DNA of 64,000 nt from Mesotaenium endlicherianum (taxonomy: Eukaryota), in NCBI GenBank assembly GCA_009602735.1, contig WELA01003365.1, positions 268,954 through 332,953 on the forward strand, in the 5' to 3' direction. Shown here in pieces: positions 24,401-48,430 of this stretch. Under the pieces are notes generated by a model, which searched no databases, was not told the DNA's origin, and worked only from the letters and a program-made list of their open reading frames with translations. Position numbers and translations under genes: made by a program. Position 1 is the stretch's first letter, and each line of letters begins with the position of its first letter.

Positions 24401-27400
24401 ACTGGACCTGTCCTTGTCACTAAATAGAATCTGTGACATTAAAAACTCACTAAAAACTTCCAAAATTCATAACTATCTCAATACTTGTCCAAATGACTTG
24501 AAATAAAGGCCAAAGTTCTTCTAAAATCACACTCTATGCATATAAAATACTAGAAAGAAACAAACTACACTTTCATAACCTTACAGCGTGGGCCGAATCA
24601 CGCGACACTTAATTTTGGCGTTGGGGGTACCAATTTGGTACCGATCGGTCTCACTCGCAATTCTTTTGACAAAGTTAAGAACGCGTTGCAGCAGCTCACT
24701 TATCTTCTTTATAATTCTCTGTACACGCTCTTAGCACTTACAAGTCCTAATTAAAAGTTGTTAAGCATTTAAGGGCGAACACCTCACAACAAAGAAAAAG
24801 ACTTGAGACGAATTGTGGAGGCATTTACGACTAAATAAAAGTGGCAAATTCACGAGAGTAAAGCCTATAAAAGGTAAACTATGGCTCTTTTTGCTGCACT
24901 TCCGCCCCACTAACTTTCACTACTGTTAATTATAATGTTTGTTATTTGCTTTGAAAGAATCGCGAATGAGTTTGAGACATTTTCACCTCGTGAATCTGTG
25001 AACAAATGCGTATAGACATATTTAGAGATGGGTTTGTGAGGAGGGGTACGAGCGGCCTGGGAAACGCAGGGAAGTGTAAGTGTCAACATATGCAGCATGA
25101 GAAGGGAAGAAAAATCATTTTTACTTCACTTTAACCTTGGGGGCAGGTTGGGGGCAGATTGGGGGCAGATTTTAGGGTTGGGGGCAGATTTGAGGATATT
25201 CGTTATTTGTTTACACAACAATTTCTTATACTTACCTGAGCAGTAGTATTCCAGTATTAGTACTGTACTACTCATTATTCACCTCTTAACTTCTTTTCTT
25301 TTGGGGTGGGGCTAGGTTTGTCAGAACCAAGCCGGAAAGATCGCCGTTATAACATGGCATCATTCCCCAACTACTGCAGCAACTGTGGTGCAGCAAGAGG
25401 TGTGGGACTTTCCTACTGTCAGAAATGCAACAAGTCTTCCATGCGAGCTGTAGAAGTGGACCCTATGGGCTAGCTTGTTAACTATAGAAAACGTGTCTAT
25501 AGGAGGATAAACTCTACTCTTCAAGCAAGGGTCCGCATTAGTGATGTGAATGTGCCTAAAAACTTGTTTGAGACTCTCTTTGCACTTGTAGGCAAAGAAG
25601 TTTTCCACTATATTACTAAAATCGAGCCCATGTTGTCTTGTAGTATTCGAAGAATGTGTTGGAGTGTAGAGGATTTGGATGCTCTTCTTTACTTCCAATT
25701 TGTCAACTCTGATTTGGGCTATGGGGCTGCTAAATTGCTTCCAAAATCAGGAGAGGTGGTAACTATTGTCCCCCCTTTTTTCATGGAATGGAGGATGAAC
25801 AAGTCTGGAGAGAAAACTCTCACTTTAAAGTTTTCATTTTCAGTTTCAAACAGGGGGGGGCATGTTGTGATGGCCCCTGACCAATGTTATGATAGACTTG
25901 TTTGGAAGGCACATCATCATATTGACACTAGCACTCATATACAATATAGACTTGCAGATTACCCTCTTAGGATGCGAGCACATGGGCTTGAAGTTAAGGA
26001 TGCCATGATAGAAGCATCACAACTTGCAAGAGCTTACTTTTGCAGATTTTAGTTTGTGTGCATATCTTGGGTCTCAATGAATGGAATGACCCAAAACTTC
26101 ACCAATAGCTCTATGAGGGCATGAAAAATCCAATGAAACAATGTGCAGATCCGTACTACAAATATATCGCATTTTACGGACTGTCACTCTTCACATGTGT
26201 GAAAAGCGCCACATGGCACACTTCGGAGGCCCATAAGTTGAAGGAATTATATGAATTATAATTTTTATTAAATTTTTGGCTGCCTATGAGGGTTCTTAGT
26301 AGCCTCTTAAAAAAATGGACTCAATTAGGAAATATTTGGACAATTGATGGTCATTTGTATAAAGCAGCAAGAATGAGACAAAGTGAGAATTTCCACTTTT
26401 GTCGACAAATTCTTCACTTTCACTAAAAGTGCAATGACTTATGGAGAATATGTTAGCTGTGTTTGAAACTTTAGGGAGGTCTACATGTATGGGTTATTTA
26501 TCAGATTCTGAAATTTCAGACCATTCCGACAAAAACGCCCCAAATGGCGCTAAAAAGTACCTAAGTGTCCAAAAAAAAGGCATTTGGGCTGCATGTGTTA
26601 AGGTCGAGTCTACTTCAACGTACACGACTGCCATTTGATGTGACACGACCATTGGCTTGCCATCTCAGCCAGTATATTCCTTATTTGCGGTCGTCAGTAA
26701 AGGCCCCTTACGTAACCTTTGTGAGGGGGAATTCAATAAGGGCCTCGCACACGCGCGTTGGTTTTTGCGGTCGGACGAGACATCGTTTTGACGTGTTCAA
26801 GATTACTCGAAACTTTGCATCCACATCGGGCCGGCGCATGATAAATGCTCGATGTGTCATCAAAATCATCATTTGTTTTTTTATTGTGTTTATGCGGAGA
26901 CGCCTAACGACTCAGGAGCCATGGCTGCTGGAGGGAGGGGATCGGGGTGCGGATTGGCGGAGGTGAGTTGTGTTGCGTCTCCCTCGTCCCTAACAATTGG
27001 ACATGGCGCGAGCTCTCTTCTTGCTTGGCCGCGCCTTGTTTTTATGATAATTTCTTGTTTCGACGGCGACGGGCGCCGTCATTTTCTTTGACGTGCTTAT
27101 TTCTGACGTGAATGTTTCGAATTGTCGTCAGTTTTTGGGGGCGTTCATGAGGGGAAGTTCACGGCCCCCTCGAAAACTATCAATTCAATGCAGTATAGGG
27201 CCTTATTTGTGGTCGTCCAAAACGAGGCCCAATTGTGTTCGTCAATAAGGGCCCCCTCACATAAGAGTTGTGAGGGAAAAATCAATAAGGGCCTCGCACG
27301 TGCGCGACGGATTTTGTGGTCGGACGTGAGGCCGTTCGACGTGTTCGGGATCATTCGAGACCCAGCCTCGACATCGATTCAGTGTTCAATTGCGCTTGGG

Positions 27401-29400
27401 CCAGCGCATAATAAATGCTCGTCCTCACATTACATTGGTCATTTTTTTCTCTATATTATGTTGTGAAGTGACGACTGACGAGCCATGGCCCTTGGCAGGA
27501 GGGGAGCGGGAGGCGAACCGGCCGAGGTGAGTTGTGTCGAGCCTGCCTGTTGGTCGGATGCGCGTTAGGTCTTTCGACGTGATTCAAAATGATGGAGAGT
27601 GTGAGTGCGCCAGGTCGGTGCACTATATATGTGCATCAAATGTCATCAAAAATATCATGCGACTTACAATTTTCTGGTTTAATGTGTTTGTGCAGTGACG
27701 TCTGACAGCATGGCTGGCGGGAGCGGGGGGCGGACCTGTAAGGTGATATGTTTATTGAGTGCATTTTTGAGTTATTTGTTTGAAGTACATATAGTTATAG
27801 AATGCATTTGTGTGGTCATTTTGATATAAAATTCGTCAAATTTGGTTAAGTATTGAGAAAGTTACTGATTTCTGAAGTTTAATTTGTTTAAAGGTTGGTC
27901 AACGACTGTCCTTAATTCGTGATAAGCGCGACCGTCGGAGTGACCGACAGCGTCGAGCGATCTGGGCCGTTAGAGTTCAAACCTTCACGTAATTTTGGCT
28001 GACGCGGAGTGCCGACCAGGTTTACCTAGAAGTTTCGGATTAGCCTAGCGCGTCTAAGTTTGTATATTCTAGATATTTCGATGCATGCATGTGGACGTGA
28101 AATCGGCCCGACACGTCGGATGAGGCTGATCTAGCCTACTCACACTTATTCTGGAAGGGACTATTTGACAAACACTAGGAAATTTCCGTTACTAAGCGGC
28201 CCTCCTTCCTAGCGGCGAGCGGTCGTCGTAGAAAACTATAAATAGGCATATCTTCTTCGTTTCTTATCAATTTTCACTTTTGTAGAATTCTACGGGTTTG
28301 TAGTGACGAGGCCTTTTATCCTAATCCACTTTCTTGCTACTCAAAATGTTGAGTAATTTTCCTAGGCTTTCTTAGTGATATGTTGCTGCACTCTTTAGTA
28401 TGATTGCAACTAGTTCTTTTCCGCGTGAGTCACTATTATCAAGTGTAATACAAAAGTACATAGCGCAGTATTTTATATTATCAAGTATAAAACATTATAT
28501 ATTGCCGTATATAATGTATATTACAAATGTATAATATACTATTAAGAAGCACTATGACACCTACCTAAAGTCATGACGCTCGTGGCATTAGCCAAGAGTC
28601 ATAACGAAACCTAGGGCACTTCGCCCCTTTCAGGACCGGTCCGAGGTGAGTTGCGTCGAGCCTGCCTCGTCTTTTTACTGTCGGACATGGCATGAGGCCT
28701 CTTCTTGCTTGGCCTCGCCTTTTTTTTGTGATAGTTGATTTGTTTCAACGGCAACGAGCGCCGTCGACTTGTTTCGACATTTGTATTCGTCGTGATCGTT
28801 CGGGGGCGTTCATGAGGGGAAGTTTGTGGACCCCTCACATAATTCCCACCCCGATCGAGAACAAGAAGGCGAACGAGTATGTTCATTAATTTGTTGTCGT
28901 CATCGTCAGTAAGGTGTCCCTCACGTTATTATTGTGAAGGGAAAATCAGCAAGGGACCTTGCTCGCGTGAGCGCGGGCCCGTACGTGCGTTTCAAATGTA
29001 TGTGTGAGCATTTTGATCTAAATTGACGCGAAAGTGTTTGATCGTGGAGACCCTTTTTCCTTGCAGTCCGCCCTTTGGCGACCGCCTTGAATTACGGCCT
29101 CGCCTCTTCTTTGCTTAATTAATGCGCCCTTGGGGCTTCTCGTGAGCGACCATTGCGAGCAGAAGCGAGGCGAAGCCTCGCCTTGGCCACGAGGTAGCTC
29201 GTGATGGGGGCATGGGAAAGGGCGCTCTCTCTCGTTAGCTAAATTTGTAGGCTCGATAGTTTGCAGCGCACGCTGGTGGGCAGCCATGGCCGCTCATCGT
29301 TGCAGGCGGCTATGGCTGCCTGCTTGTTATGAGGGTGTTAGAGAGGTGGGAAGGGGAGGGCGGGAGGGTGGGAGGTTGCATTGACAGCGTTCGAGCTGTT
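21500..29400. mobile_element. Repeat-rich block, probably degraded transposon sequence of unclear class
   Basis: Diverged direct repeats 21520-21850/23890-24210 and 23280-23600/29066-29370, ~550-bp units at 26690-27750, TTGGGGGCAG x4 at 25137-25190; no transposase recognised. Confidence 0.55.
25354..26052 (+). pseudogene. Intronless orphan ORF (232 codons) with N-terminal zinc ribbon and one in-frame stop
   Basis: MASFPNYCSNCGAARGVGLSYCQKC...; TAG at 25471-25473, then the same frame is open to 26052. Confidence 0.65.
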
Positions 29401-29856
29401 TCGACGCGATTTTTGTCGCGATTAATTGGAGGGTCTTTGCGAGGGGAAAAATGTCGGTTCCCTGACAACTTCGAGATAGTGTACTAGTTGCAGACCAGTA
29501 GTGTACTAAGGCCAGAACGATGGCAAGTCGAGTGCATGCAGTGCTAAGGACTAAACTCGAAACTGTGTGACACGTGCAAGACAATATTCCAGCTGTCCCT
29601 CTGCATGTCTTTAAAGTTACTCGCTGCGAACGGATACAGTTTCGATTCAAAGCTTGCCCTTATGGACGAGTGCCTCGATCCATTGCAGGATGACCTGTGA
29701 CCTGATCACCCTATGGTCACCAAGCAAACGTGGATTGATTGGCGATAATTTTATTGTACACCTTGCTCATTTGCTTGTTTCTCCCTCTCTCTGCTGCCAG
29801 CTGTAAGTTTTGTAACTTAGGCTATTTTCAAGCTCGTGTGTGTGCATCCCTCCAGC

Positions 29857-38610
<8,754 letters not shown>

Positions 38611-40415
38611 ACAATAGTATATCGAGCCAGATGAGCTTGACGAGTCACACTTGTACAAATCTAGAGTAAATCTTTGGTCCTATATATGTATATGGGTGAG
38701 CACATCTCTGCATGCAGCTACCCACCACAAGTATACGTGGCAGACTTTCCAACGGGGAGTATCCTCAGGGCATGTACACTCACTGTGTCATGGGCACAAC
38801 TGTTGAAAGCATATGACGAGTATTTAGTTTGAGAAGATTCATTTTGATCCTCGGGTGCGGCTGTGTGCTGACTTACGCTCATTTCCAGCTGCTAAGAGTG
38901 TGATGGCAAGGTGCACCTGCACCATGAATGACAGATGGACTCGGCCTGCAAGGCTATTCACATATATTGATGTACTCATTTTTGTCTTCTTTGAACCTTT
39001 GGCAAACAAGATCTTGCCCTTCTGCTGGCCAACTTCTCTCATCTGAGTCAATTAAATGATTGTGCATGATTATGTTGATAATTCCATCAAGCTGCATTCT
39101 GGTTAGTTGGTTCACTTTAATGCTATCACTAAGACCTAGGTTTTTTTGTGGTGTGGGTCTGTTACTTGGGTGTAAACCTCCTTGGCCGTGGCCTGCATAG
39201 TTATGGATGGATTCAGTAAGCTGTACCCTTTAGACAAAAGCGGATATTTGTTAACTCAGTGCTTTGAGTCCAGGCTGGGTCTAAAGATAAAACCACACTG
39301 ACATCCTAAAGGTAAGACAAATACTAATGTTCTCGAGATTTTAAAGAATCTCATCTTGCTCAATATACAAAAACAATGAAGCCATGGTAATGGCTGGAAA
39401 GACCAGCCCTACCAAGGGTACTAAAATAGAGGGAAGATAAGAAGCAACCATGATGTGAGTTCCTTAGTAATAGGCCCTGTCACAAAGGCAGAGCGTGAAT
39501 AAAAGAAAAGATCTGAAGCAAAGGAAAAGGTCTTGTTTATAGGAGGGTTGAGACCTTGTTTGGGCTAAACAATCAGTCACACAGCGAGCTTGAGTGGGTA
39601 TCCTTGGGATTGTAACACAAGTCAGCCTGAGGAAAAATAGCTCCGGAAGATTCGAAATCCTAATATTCTCTATTTCTAGACCTAGAAGAAGCAGCCTAGC
39701 ATGTTTTTGAGTCGTTAAAACGAACAGATCAAAAATAGACCTACGCAAATTTCAGCATCACGGTCTAACCTCCCAATTCCGAATAAGATTAACAGGCTGG
39801 GACGACTCATAGCATCTCTTTTCTTGAATAGAATGATTGACGCAGAGATGGGCTTAAATTTATGCTTGTTGACACTCGCATGCAATTCAATTGTATCTTG
39901 CAAAAAGGATTGATACGCTAAAGGCACCGGGTGCCGAATTTGTTGAATTTTTAGATTTTCACAGAATTCTCGATTGTTTTCATTCTGAGGTAATGTTTCT
40001 GAGGTTTTGTGAGCGGTGATAAGAGCTGGCAATTCCCTGGAGGCAGCTAATGATGCATAATTTTTTTGATTGCATAAAAATGCGTACATAATTGTGAAAA
40101 GTACGCTTAAGGCCATTGTCTCATAAAATTTATATAACCAGTCAAAGTTTCTCTTATTCATATCAATAGAATATCTTTTATTGTATGGCACTGATCTAAG
40201 TGGACAAGTTGAAGTGTTATTGAAACTTGTCCACTTAGATCGCATTAAATGATCGTGACTTAATTGTAGCTCAAGATGGTCTATTCGTCTACTTTTTTAA
40301 AAGAAGATAGGCTTGAAACGGGGGCGATGAAAGGAAGCTGCCCGGAAAAAGTGCGAGGAGCACTGCTATAAAGTTCAAACAACTCTCCGAGCACACCCTT
40401 GAGGATAGCACGGGN

Positions 40416-40959
40416 CGGGCCTTGGAAATTTGCACCTTCGGTTAAAACGAACCCAAATTTGATTTTTGCCATCTATTTCGAATTTTAATCTATCGCCCCA
40501 TTCTGAAATCACCGTCACTGTATGCACAGGCTTGCGTTGCGAATTTTTTTCTACAGTAAAATAGACCCCAGGATTGCGCAAAATTTGACTTACTACAACC
40601 CTAGAAACGCCATTGATAATAAATGTACCTATTGGGCTCATTAAAGGCAAGCTACCTAGAAACACTTTTTGCTTTTGCACATTTCGGTTTGCGTCATTTC
40701 TAAGCTCAGCTGGCACATACAGCCCAGCTGTATAACTCGAGAGGCTCCTTAAAGCTTCTCTCTCGTCCACATGAGGAATTCCCAACTTATATTCTTCACC
40801 ACACAGCCATAGCTTTAATTCATTTTCGGAATCCTGGACTATCGAAAAGAATCGCAGCTCTTGAATAATGCCATACTCTAAAAAATCCTGAAATCCTTTT
40901 AATTGCATAGCCTTAAAATCTGGTAATGCAAATACGCCTACGTCGCTGAGTCTGGCCAT
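40416..40959 (-). pseudogene. rpoB: Plastid RNA polymerase beta subunit, 5' fragment
   Basis: LPDFKAMQLKGFQDFL, YTAGLYVPAEL, LPLMSPIGTFIINGVSRVVVSQILRNPGVYF; ends at the n join. Confidence 0.92.
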
Positions 40960-41232
40960 ATATTCCTCATGTCTTTAGGCCCAACATATCTCCCGGGCCT
41001 AAATTGTTAATAGATCTAATCTAGTGTTTGGAATTGCTATATTCCTCTTAATATTTCAATGCGATATGTTAAAAAAGCCCCCCGAATAGTCAAACCTGAG
41101 ACGCATCTTTGATAGTTGCAAGACTATGCCGATATCAAGCTTGACTTGGCCTAGAAGAAAGGATATTATTTCTATAATAAGATAGCCGTATATTGTTTAA
41201 AGCCAAAAGCTTTTAGATCAAGGCCTAACTTA

Positions 41233-41303
41233 GGCGACATGGCCAAGTGGTAAGGCAAAGGATTGCAAATCCTTTATCCCCAGTTCGATCCTGGGTGTCG
41301 CCT
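41233..41303 (+). tRNA. trnC: Plastid tRNA-Cys(GCA)
   Basis: GGCGACA/TGTCGCC acceptor stem, GCA anticodon, GTTCGATC T-loop; divergent from rpoB. Confidence 0.95.
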
Positions 41304-41579
41304 GACTGCCAAAAAGCACAATAAAAAGGCTTGGGGCTGCCGTACTCTGCTAGCTACAAGTATAGAGTGTGATGCTCTAAATACATAGCCTGACACAGTC
41401 TCTACACTTGAACCTCTCATTAGCTGACAGCCCCATTTGATTGTAAAAGATCTTAGCCTTCGGCGCAAGGCCCTTTCTCAAACAAAGGTCCTCTTGGCAT
41501 CTACTAGTAAGCCTGGTATGATGAATTATGTGCACAGAAACATTACATCACACCTGAAGTCAACACCACATCATTATCT

Positions 41580-41669
41580 ATGGATATAGTCAGCATTGGT
41601 TGGGCATCACTCATGGTCATATTTACCTTTTCTCTTTCTCTAGTTGTTTGGGGCAGAAGTGGACTCTAA
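41580..41669 (+). CDS. petN: Cytochrome b6f subunit VIII
   Basis: [29 protein letters not shown]. Confidence 0.96.
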   Translation: MDIVSIGWASLMVIFTFSLSLVVWGRSGL

Positions 41670-41821
41670 GTGTTTTGCTATGTTTTGTACAATATGCACA
41701 TTTAGAGCAAGCTTACTTCTCAAACATCAGAAAAGACACAGCCATTTTCTAAAAACAGATACTTTGCTCTTTACACTTGGTTATCCTGAAGACCATTGAC
41801 TTTGAAAAACAAAGAGCAGGT

Positions 41822-41859
41822 TTAATGGCCCTGCTTTAAGCAAAAAACAGGGCCATTAA
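41822..41859. terminator. Plastid 3' stem-loop after petN
   Basis: TTAATGGCCCTG...CAGGGCCATTAA, 12-bp inverted repeat. Confidence 0.6.
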
Positions 41860-42253
41860 TATCCATAATCTATGGGAATAGTATAGCTAATCTGTCCCCA
41901 TTCCAGTTCAAAGACCTTGNTAAGCAGATGTCCCCATTCCAGTTCAAAGACCTTGTCACTAAGCAGATCTCTTGGTCTATCTATGAGCGGTTGACCAAAT
42001 ACAGGTGGATTTGCAAGCCGTCTGTAACTCATGAGAGAGAGAGAGAGAGAGAAAAGTTGGCCAAGAGTTCAATAAGGTCTTAAGTGGCGGGAGAGACCTC
42101 GGCCTACTAGTTTTGTAGGAAACCTGCTGCTAGTAGAACTTTATGAATAAAGTTCTTGTCTTTTCTTCCTTTTTCTTGTCTTTATTGGAAGTAAAACTTG
42201 ACATCCGCTTTTTCCATAAGTATTTTATAAACAAGCTAGATAATGTTCATGTG

Positions 42254-42325
42254 GCCCTTTTAACTCAGCGGTAGAGTAACGCCATGGTAAGGCGTAAGTC
42301 ATCGGTTCAAGTCCGATAAAGGGCT
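42254..42325 (+). tRNA. trnT: Plastid tRNA-Thr(GGU)
   Basis: GCCCTTT/AAAGGGC stem, GGT anticodon, GTTCAAGTCC; TTGACA upstream at about 42198. Confidence 0.95.
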
Positions 42326-42911
42326 TTTACTATTTCCTGAAAAATGCAGATGATCACTTCATGTTTTTTCAATGTTCATTTCCAATTTTCAGTCTGGGAT
42401 TTTCAAAAGATAGAATGAATCTGCAAGATAGATCTGAGGTTATGTCTACTTTTTTTCTGCAACTCCAACTGTATTAAACAGTTTAGAGTTGACATTTCAG
42501 GCCTGCTTGACTTCAAAGGTTAGAAAATGTGTGCTGTATTAACCACTAGATTGCTAATTTGTTTTGCTCCTTAGCTCTAGTTATACTAGAGAAGAAACGG
42601 AGATCTAACCGTGTGCTCAAATTGAGCCAGGTTTTTGTCGAGAAGTGGGTTTTCCAAGACCAAAAAACTTGGAGACTAGGAAGAAAAGAAAAGCCAACTG
42701 TGTTTCTATCCAACTTCAATATTGCCCAGCCCTTGGCTAGTTTTTGGCTTTGTTAGAAAGCACCGCTAGCCTGCGTTATTCATTTACTTAAATACAAGTG
42801 AGCAGCCTGTGGATGTGATCAGGGCTGCTCACTCGTGTTTAAGTGAATGAATGAATGAATGAATGAATGAATGAATAGTGCTTAAAGCTGATTTAAATAG
42901 TGGGAGAGTAA

Positions 42912-45018
<2,107 letters not shown>

Positions 45019-46820
45019 TGAAAAAAATGTGTATTTTTCTCCCCTCGACATCCCCCCGACTATCCTCACTTCTCAAGCATGGTATATCAAGAATTGTCAA
45101 ACCTGTACTCCACTACGGCAGTTATGCAAGAATGAAAAAGAGGATTTTGTGGGACAAGGCCAGGCCCCCATGCATGCCAAATAAGTAAAACGCGATTATT
45201 GAATCTAGACCAGACCTTGAATTTCAATGTACGTTGCATACTTGTGCATACTCAAATGATAAAGTGATATTCATGGGGACCCTATGCCCATGTCCATTTG
45301 CGCCACCCTCAATTTGAGGTGCAGAGGTGCACTAGCGGGTGGATGTACTTGCAGAAGGCCGGCGTGGACGTGTATGTGAAATATTAAAGTGTACACTGTT
45401 GTAGTGCTTGGGAGCGAGAAGAACTTCAAGTCTGACAGGTGCACGCTGCACAATTCGGCCAATCTTCACGTTGAGTGGGACCTAGAAAGGTGACATGCCT
45501 ACCACAGCCGAGTGAATTGCAACGGAGGGCAAGATGCCATGCAACACAATATATATCTAAGGTTGTGAGTTCTATCCTTCAGCAGAGTTATGCAAAGTGT
45601 AATCACAATATGTTTACATTCAATGCACAGAGATTGCAATACCTCAAGATGATACATTTTAAGAAGTGTAGGTTCCTCTCATATGTCCTATCCTGCCAAA
45701 GGCTATACATTCGTCTCAAAACTTGTTTTCATACTAATGTTCCTTGCGCAGTCACTGAAGTCAACAAGACTACTCATGCTGCTACAGATACAAACATTAC
45801 ATGCACCTTTGTATGGCCGACTGTGCTGAAATAAAATTTCGGACAATAAGACTTCAAACAGAAGATAAAGTAAAGCTTTTCTACCTTCCTACAGTGCAGG
45901 GGTTGAAACTCGTCCGGACACAAACTTCCACCTTGTACTTTTTAACATCGAATGTTGCCAGTTTAGTTTAATGACTCTCTTTTTTGCTCACTCTTATGAG
46001 TGATATGCCGGCCTTCAGAAAAACCTTCAGCTCAGTTCTTTCAAGACAAAAATGATGTAGGCTCTAGGTAATGCAGACTAGTAAAACAATCATGTTGACA
46101 CTTTGGGACTATGGTGTAGACCGTAGGCAATGGTGCTGCCTGCAAGGTACATGTCATATCATGTACCTTGCAGGCAGCACCCTCTTCACATGCTTCATAT
46201 ACAACTAGCTCCTCACACAATTTGGTCGATAAATGCTGTCTCAAGCACAAGTGCCAATATGCTTACAGGAACATGAGGGGGAAGAAGTTTTACATAGCAC
46301 TGAAATGCCAGTGTGATACAAAAATTGGTGGTCCACTTCAGTCGAGACCAGCCTTGTAAGTTGCTAACTATACCTCTTCAAATGATACTGAAAAGCTATG
46401 ACGCCAAGGCTTCAATCACCTTCAACGCAACAGACTACGAAAAATAAACCTCTCCACTTGATGCCCACCCAGGATGTAATTTCTGGAGCTATCAAAAGGA
46501 CGACCGCAGGTGTCAATCGGATTTTGTACAACTTAACAAGGCAATTTTGAAGCCTGCCAAAGGTTGCCTGGTTGAAGACCGCTCATTTCCTACTTCTGTA
46601 CACTCAGGAACTTGTTTTTGCATATACCTGGCTCCGGAAGTCAAGCCAATGACTGTTCCATCAATAAGAACTATGTGCCTCCAGACCTTGTACAATGACC
46701 AGTCTCGAACCAAAATTGTATGATGAATCCCGGTGAATATACCCCAGTTCCCCACTTCAACACAACGAGGGCTGACGGTTTTCCTGCATGTAGCCTCCAA
46801 CACAGCTTCACTTGCAACTC

Positions 46821-47495
46821 CTAATACCTATCTGATGGCAGCTCCTCCATCGATGACCACCAGGCTCTCTCATCCAAGGAAGCTCTTGGCCAATCACGCT
46901 GGCGCTCCTGACGCTCATGGACAGTATTGACCTCTCCAAATCTGTCCTCTGGGACCCAGCAGCCACTCACTGGGTCAGGCCTCCACCACTTCACAGCCTT
47001 CTGCTTGCCCCACCAATTCGGGTCCTCAGTGACTGGCTTCATCTTGTTCAATTCAGCCTTGAAACCTTCCTTTGCATCGGCAGATACATTAGAGGAAATC
47101 TCTCGTGCTCCTGAACGGGAATTCTCTCTCTCCTCATGGCTGTCAACTAATGCTGCAGCTGTACCAAATGACTTGGTGCTGCATACATGAAGTGAACGAC
47201 AACAAGGGTCAGTACACAAAGTGCAAACATGTTTTCTTAAACAAACATGGACCTACCCCACCCATACAAACGAAGATTATGAGGAATTCAGACGTAACTC
47301 CAAGACGTGATGCCAGTGCGGACACATAGAGCGTCTGCTATAGAGTGTACTCATGGCGCCTTAAACACAACCTCAGATATTAGCTTTTAAGTGTAAATTG
47401 GTCAATGGGACGTGCCTGACAGCTGTCAATGCTTGGGGTCCAAGTACCCGACGCAGCACCCCTGACATATTCAAGCATAGAGCAAGAGACCTCAT
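46821..47495 (-). CDS. LEA_3 (SAG21/LEA5-like) protein; exons 47495-47416 and 47178-46821
   Basis: W-motif WRPDPVSGCWVPE; basic transit-peptide-like N-terminus; GC-AG intron joins the exons in frame. Confidence 0.75.
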
Positions 47496-48237
47496 GATGG
47501 CAACCCTAAAACTTGAAGACAAAAACTTGATCTCTTGCAGACAAAACGGCGAATGATTATGTAACAGACAACAAAGGAGCACAGTGGTTTATGAAACTGC
47601 GCTCTAATTCCACTGCAAAGAACAGCTACTCCCGCTGTTTAAAAAGCTCAAGTGGGTGGTGCGGACTTCCTTAGGACTTTGCTTGTAGCTCGGGCCAGCT
47701 GCGAAGGGCTAGTAAAGTGGGGCATACACTTAGCAGTGAGCAGCAGTGAGCACCCTTTGAGGCTTCGAAGTCCGGACACTGGATTTTGGAGGCGGCCCCC
47801 GTTATCAATTTGGGTTATTCCGTAAATTTCATGTGTGGTCCCGTCGCTTGGCTTTTGTTGCGAGAGATCTCCGAACAGCAGCCAACAGCAGCCAACAGCA
47901 GCCAACAGCCGATTGCGGAGCAGGGCCTTGAGCTGACCACCTCTGGCAGGCTAACAGCACACCAGTTTAGCCAAGAGCCCACGTAGGAAAGTTACCGCTG
48001 TGACGATAATGAACAGTTGTCTCGATAAACTGATAATAATTCAGTAATAAAGGTCGGCTGCTATATTTGGTGACAACAACTCGAAGGTCTACTCAGCACT
48101 CAACCGTCTATGACGTGGCAGGCAATTGTGGAAAATCCTGGGCAAACTGCAAGCAACTGTCGTCGAAGACAAGGCCAAGGTGGGCCAAGGCAAGGCCAAC
48201 ATGCTGGCGTGTGCTGGCGTACCATGGGGTGGAAACT

Positions 48238-48430
48238 GGCGCTAATTTTCCGAGATTTTGAATTCGGAGCCTTAAATTTTTGAATCTTGTCACTAAATTT
48301 CCTAAGTTTGACTTCAGGGCGCTATCAACAGATATTTGTTTGATTAAAGGTCGCTAATTCACTGTACTAAATTCGACATTTTGATTTCAGGGCGCTAATT
48401 TAAAGCCTTTAAATTTGGGCGCTATTTCAC
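48238..48430. repeat. Cluster of five GG(C/T)GCTA(A)TT-like motifs
   Basis: Repeated GGCGCTAATT, twice preceded by TTCAG; resembles transposon subterminal repeats. Confidence 0.5.

Noticed and set aside
28550..28560. CACTA-like terminus
   Set aside because: No matching opposite TIR, TSD or transposase found
41892..41956. ~27-bp direct repeat in the plastid block
   Set aside because: Flanks an n at 41920; likely an assembly join artefact, not CRISPR-like
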